64,000 nt of DNA from Rhizodiscina lignyota (Eukaryota), in contig ML978125.1 of the NCBI GenBank assembly GCA_010015805.1, positions 558,001 through 622,000 of the forward strand. The letters are read 5' to 3'. Every line of letters begins with the position of its first letter. Within the stretch, counting starts at the first letter, position 1. A program made the translations under genes and the position numbers. A model generated the notes under the pieces. It was not told where the DNA came from, did no database searches, and saw only the letters and a list, made by a program, of their open reading frames with translations. Positions 58,714 to 64,000 of this stretch are shown one piece after another.

Positions 58714-60579
58714 TTACGAATGACTAGATCCGTACGAGTATCTTCCTTTGAGCGTGAATCTATCTTCGGTATCACCACCTCCCCGCCCTCCGTTACGCCT
58801 GATGTACCAGAAGTATATAAGCAATGTGGCAAGCAGGAGAGTGCCAGTCAAAAAGAAGAAGACCCAAAACTCTCCTGCGAAGTGAATCGAGAAACCTTTG
58901 CCCTCTGAGTGAACGGAGATGTAGTCCATACCCATCAAAGACTGCGGTAGTTGTTAGCTCATGAGAGAAACTCTGCCGTTAAAGCACGGGGGAGGCAACT
59001 GACTGCCGCAAATGATGCCGGCAAGTAGACCAAGGTGAGGAAAGTGATCCATTTCATTATGTCCGTATCGCGGGCAGCTTTACGTGTAAGATCTAGCATT
59101 ATCACATTCTCATCCCTCGACAAAGTTGATATATCTGTCATAACGTGGCTGTTGTGTTGGAGACTAGCAAGGCACCGGAAGTCCAATATGGTTCGTGTCT
59201 TGATCTCAAGTCAGTACGGTGATGTGCCAGATCTCGACGGGGACATACAAGAGCAATTGTGCCATCGAGCCTCTTCAGTAGGCGGTCTACTCTCTTGACT
59301 TGTACACCTGCTTCTCCAGACAAAGAGAGCAGATAGTTCAAATCTGCCGGACCATCGGAACCATCACCTGTCGGTAGATGCGTAAATTGTCTTTGAAGTT
59401 CCTGAAGAACTTGACAATCTAACTCGAGCGCATGCGCAAGCTGCTCACATTTATCCTGGAGCACTTGGATACCTTGAGTGTCTGCAATCCCAATATTGGC
59501 GGCGGGAAGGATGGGGTCTCCTTTCTCGTCCATTTGCGTGAGTTGCGCCTTTGCTTTCTGGCGGAGGTTAACTAAACGCAAAGACACCAGAGCTTCGTCT
59601 ACTTGCCATTTTGAAATATCTCTTCTCGAGGTCGCTAATGTACCATCGCCAGTTTTCCATGCTACATGAAAGAATCATCTCGTGCAATGCTTGAGGGGAT
59701 ATCTGGCCTCCATGTTCACGCATGCACGTGAGTCGCCGTCGAAATGTCACAGAAGGATTCAAGATAATGAATGTATCTCCGGAGGAACTGCTGCTCTTGT
59801 GGTACACGCCCATTTTCCTGATGGACCATGGGTCGACGTCGACGCCATCCTCTTCCTTCCGGCCATGTTCCTCAACCTGTTTCGCAAGATAACATGCTTC
59901 TAGCAGCTGTCAGAACCTGTTCGATTCGGTAGCATCGGGGATGACAGTTGAACTGGTATACCATGGACGGAATGCTTGCCATCATTCCTAAGATAGATTC
60001 CGCCCGCAGAATCATCCTCAAAACCTGTTCGCTGTCCGAAACTCCGGAGAATCTCAACAAATGGAGGAAATACATTGAACGCTGTCAGTAATTTCCTGGT
60101 ACTGCTTTCATTAATAACCAAGCGGCCCCACGAGCTTTGCTGTGGAATAAGACTGAAAGTGCGTCAGTCATCATTCGATTCAGTCCCCGACGGTACTTGC
60201 ATCAAACGAAGACACTTGTTGTCAACATCCAAGCTCTACAGTAGCATGCTCTTAGCAGGTTTATCATAGCATCTGGAAGAGGGTTCATTACACGGAGATG
60301 GTCTTCCAGCGTCGACTCTCTTTCTATTATCCTTTCAGATACTATTTTATATTAGTCGATTGAGAGAAGTTATGCCAGCGAAGATGATGGTTTACCTGAC
60401 GACGCAAAATCGATGATTTTGATATTGATCTTCTCGGACTGGGGCACAAAAAGCCTCTTCGAGTCATGACTCAACTGCTGACGGTACGACGAGAAGTTGT
60501 ACTCATGGCCATTGAAGCCCGACTCGCTGAGATTCTCCGGATAACGCTCCCATCCCTCGAGACTCGACTTGCTAAGCAT
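58714..60579 (-). CDS. Fungal CorA-like membrane protein (two C-terminal TM helices), multi-exon
   Basis: Motifs WERYPENL, SWGRLVI, FVEILRSFG, WSIRKMGVYH, NWRWYISDLE and DTDIMKWITFLTLVYLPASFAA|SLMGMDYI (GMN-like), followed by TM2 FWVFFFLTGTLL. Confidence 0.82.
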
Positions 60580-61219
60580 TTCAAATGCCAAACATGTCGT
60601 ATGGGGCCTGTATTGGGCTTGACATTGATATCAGCAGGTAGTGTGGCGCTTCACGATCGCTTAAGGAAGCGTCTTTAGGGCTCTTCTTCCGTTTCGCACG
60701 GCGCAGCATTCAGGTGATCCTCAGGCATTCCGGAGTACGGCAAAGGTGGACGTTTCGCCCAGAGGTGTGCTGGTTGGCCCCGCTCGAGATGTCCAATAGG
60801 AGGTCTTTGGGATGCATCTTCTGACTTGTTTACAGCCTCGTCGTGCATTGTTCTTTCATGGAATGCCCTCTGGCAAGCCCCAAGATTCTCCGGCGATCCT
60901 TTCCGTAGAGGTAATCAGCCAACAGCCTCGTCGCTGTCACCACGCCCGACTACCTGCATCTCTAGCTGCAAGAACCCCACACTCGCCGACCAGGATAATG
61001 GCCAACGAAGACCTTCAGTGGAATACTCGCGAGGCAGATTTTCGAGGCAAGGCTGGATGTCTTTGCCTCGTTGCCTAAGTGTCTGCGGGCTCACCATGGA
61101 AGGGCACGAATACTTGGACTTGATCGTTTGACTGGTAACACAAAATGCGGGCCAGTGCCGGCTCTCTGGGCCAGCCGCCAGCGGTCACTTGAAGTTTGTT
61201 GGATCCGTATTTTCTCACG

Positions 61220-63520
61220 ATGGAGGTGCCCCAAAACAATACCGGAACGGGCCGCTCCACGAACCCACCCTTTACCGATGTCAGTGGCGGCGCTGGCAGC
61301 CAGAGCTGGAATACAGCCATCTCCGGTCCCGGTACTCAGGGGTCAAAATCGTCTTCTCAGAAACCATTACGACCTTACGTTGAACCACTGACCGGTAGTA
61401 CTCCTACTCAGTCAGGAGACGATGACTTCTCCAAAGAGCTTTTTCCGCCAGACCATGTCACCGAAGTCACAGCGTTCACCGAGAGCACCGTCGTTCCTCG
61501 AAGAAATCTCGGATTTCTTCAAACGACCTCGTTGATGCTGAATGGATCCCTCGGCGGCGGCTTCTTTTTCACTACGCCAGGCTTTGTCCTTGCACTAGTC
61601 CCGAGCAAGAGGATTTGCATAGTGCTTTGGATTGTTGGTGGGATTTACACATATTTGGGGTACTTATTTGCCAGAGTTCCTGGAAAAGCCGAAGCTGATT
61701 CTATTCAGAGCAACAATCTTTGCGGAATATGGAACGGCACTTCCATACAATGGAGGTGCTTTGGTATATGTAGGCTTACCCCCAGCTTCTGAACTCACGA
61801 CCCTGACAACTTTCAGTTTGACGAAGTATTCCACCGGCCGAGAATGCTAGCGACAGTCATCTTTTCAGTTTGGTGGATATTGTTTGCGACCACCGAAGGC
61901 AACTGCAAGGGCATTGCGCAGACGATCTTATCGTTGGCCAACGGCCAGTCCTCTTTCGAACCTTCACTCGGACTGCTCAATTTCACGGCAGTTGTGATTC
62001 AAACTGTTGTATGCCTAATACTGTTCTTTGCGCGCCGCCTGGTTTTCGCATTCAACACTATCATTGCGTTGTTCAAGATCATATTAATGGTCTTTATTTT
62101 CGTAGCGGGAATGGTGCATGCGAGTCGCGGCTCGAATTCCGGGTTTAAAGACTTCAACAAGGAGTATCCGGGATACAGCAATTCGCAAGCACTCACTGCT
62201 ATGGTCTATATCATTCTGTGTTACCAGGGCTGGGATAACGCGAACTATGTAAGAGAGCATCCGATCAGCCAATGTGCGATTACGCTAAGATTACCAAGGT
62301 CACCGGCGAGGTTCACAGGACCAAGCAGACATTGAAATGGGCTAGAATCACAAGTATATCTATCATCGGTGTCTTGAACACGCTAGCGACCTTAGCTTTT
62401 GTAAGATTTCTCATTAAAAGCAATTTGCTAGGGGAGTCGGCTGACATCATATGCAGTATAGCGTTGCGGACTTTGCAACGGTCACAAATGCGGACGGACA
62501 AGCTAATTCTGCACTCCAGTGGGCACAGATCGTATGTATCCTTCTGTTTGAGCTCACGATCAGGGTGCTTAATGTTCAGTCAGGTCTTCGGGTCTTCCAG
62601 GGGAATGAATATAGCGACAGGCATAGCTAGTTTTGGTACACTGGTATTTATCACGTACACAACAGCAAAAGGTATGATACTACATATACAACCATTTCAG
62701 CCGCTAACCGGGATCTAGTCAAACAAGCTATTGCCTGGCAACGCATCATCCCATTCTCCAACTTCTTCGGCCGACAGGATCCATATTTCGACAGTCCTGG
62801 CGGTGGCCTCTTTCTCCATTGGATCATTAGCGTGATTGCCATTTTGGCCCTTGGTGACATGGGTTCAGAGTCGAGACTCTTCTTTAGCGGTATCTACTCA
62901 TGGGGCTATCAAGTTATGTTTGGTGAGTTTTAATGCATCCCGAGAATAATTGCTGGTGGCATAATTGACTGGTGCAGTGTTCTTGGGTATTGGTCTCCTG
63001 CGATTGGAATACCGCATGCGCCTGTACGACGACAACTGGAGGCCGTCATATCTGAAGAACAAATTCGTACTGATATTTGTTGCGGCCATATTCGTCGGCA
63101 TCAACATAGTGATTTTGGTAATCACAGCACTTCCGAATGACCCAGGACAAGTTGCCTGCTTCTATTGGCCGGTCGCTATTGCGGGTACCGTAGTTTTCAG
63201 CGTCATGTATTGGGGCATTCTTCGCGTGTTTCAGCCAGACAATTCCAAGCACAGGAAGGCTCTGGCGTCCCGAGTCGGCTTCGAGGTTAATGTGTACGAG
63301 TTGGGAGATGAAGTGCCAGACGACATGAGGTTCGCAATGTATGAGGCCGGACTAGATGGTTCCAAACGCAGAGTACAGTACAAGGTATGATATTACAGAT
63401 CTCAGAGCATCCTCGAAGTTCTACAGCTAAGCACCTTTCTAGGTCTCTGGTCCGATTTCGCGGTGCCTTTCTATCATTCAAAGCGTCAAGAACTCTCTCC
63501 TCAGGTTCTTGGCTTATTAA
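61220..63520 (+). CDS. APC-superfamily amino-acid permease (Mup1-like), multi-exon
   Basis: Motifs RRNLGFLQTTSLMLNGSLGGGFFFTTPG, FAEYGTALPYNGGALVY, YQGWDNANY|VTGEV, KQAIAWQRIIPFS and GGLFLHWI. The last exon ends ...RFLAY*. Confidence 0.85.
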
Positions 63521-64000
63521 TAGCGTTCTGCCTTTAGTGTTAGCTGCAGAGTACATCAGGAATAAGGCTGAGTACATACTCAAAAATCTGAATATATTGC
63601 TGATCGCGGGATAATATTTGAACTGGTTTCTTGTTCCTCTTTACTGCACAAGTACCTGTTGGCCTTGTTGGCACAGTGTACTCGGCTTAAATCGGTCTAT
63701 CTCTCCAAGCCAGCGAGGGGATGCCTCTCCACAAGGACAATCTGACTGAAGCACCGTTCTAAAGGTGCCAGCATTGCACCTCTGTTGATGTATGGTCAAA
63801 ACAAAGCCGTGCACTTGTAGCCGAAGCCGCAGCATTTTTCAGCGCAGTGCCCACGATATAAGGCAAACAAGTACGGTATTCGGGGGTGAATTGGATGCTT
63901 CAAAGGGCATCGCCCAACATTTCTGCTCTGGAAAACCTTCATTCCAGGCCACGGATAGATGCTTCCGCATTCATTAGATGCTGCCACAGTCAGAATGTTG

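Overview
Eukaryotic DNA from a filamentous ascomycete (Pezizomycotina), judged from short spliceosomal introns with CTRAY branch sites, intron-containing tRNAs and gene content. I reconstructed 17 protein-coding genes by hand. In order they are: an arylsulfatase truncated by the window edge and absent from the ORF track, an MFS transporter, an FMO, BRR2, a Ctr copper transporter, a GH18 chitinase, YTH1, a CDF zinc transporter, a D-2-hydroxyacid dehydrogenase, a GprM-like GPCR, a Sel1-repeat Dsf2/Nif1-like protein, a DUF1776 protein, ORC3, PEX6, a lipase, then an AsaB-like oxygenase and a protein kinase. A CorA-like protein and an APC permease complete the right end, giving 19 in total. There are two tRNA genes, Phe-GAA and Ala-CGC. 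Three observations stand out. (1) A ~400-nt densely structured segment with no credible ORF lies between ORC3 and PEX6, behind a TATA/CT-box promoter; its G-U pairs favour the + strand and it ends in an Sm-like site, so it is a candidate ncRNA I could not assign to a known class. (2) A near-identical inverted, 3'-truncated copy of the pre-tRNA-Phe gene starts 3 nt after the FMO stop codon. (3) A kinase and a CorA-like gene lie tail-to-tail with stop codons only 14 nt apart, in an accessory-looking block. All exon boundaries and folds were derived by eye; no searches were run.
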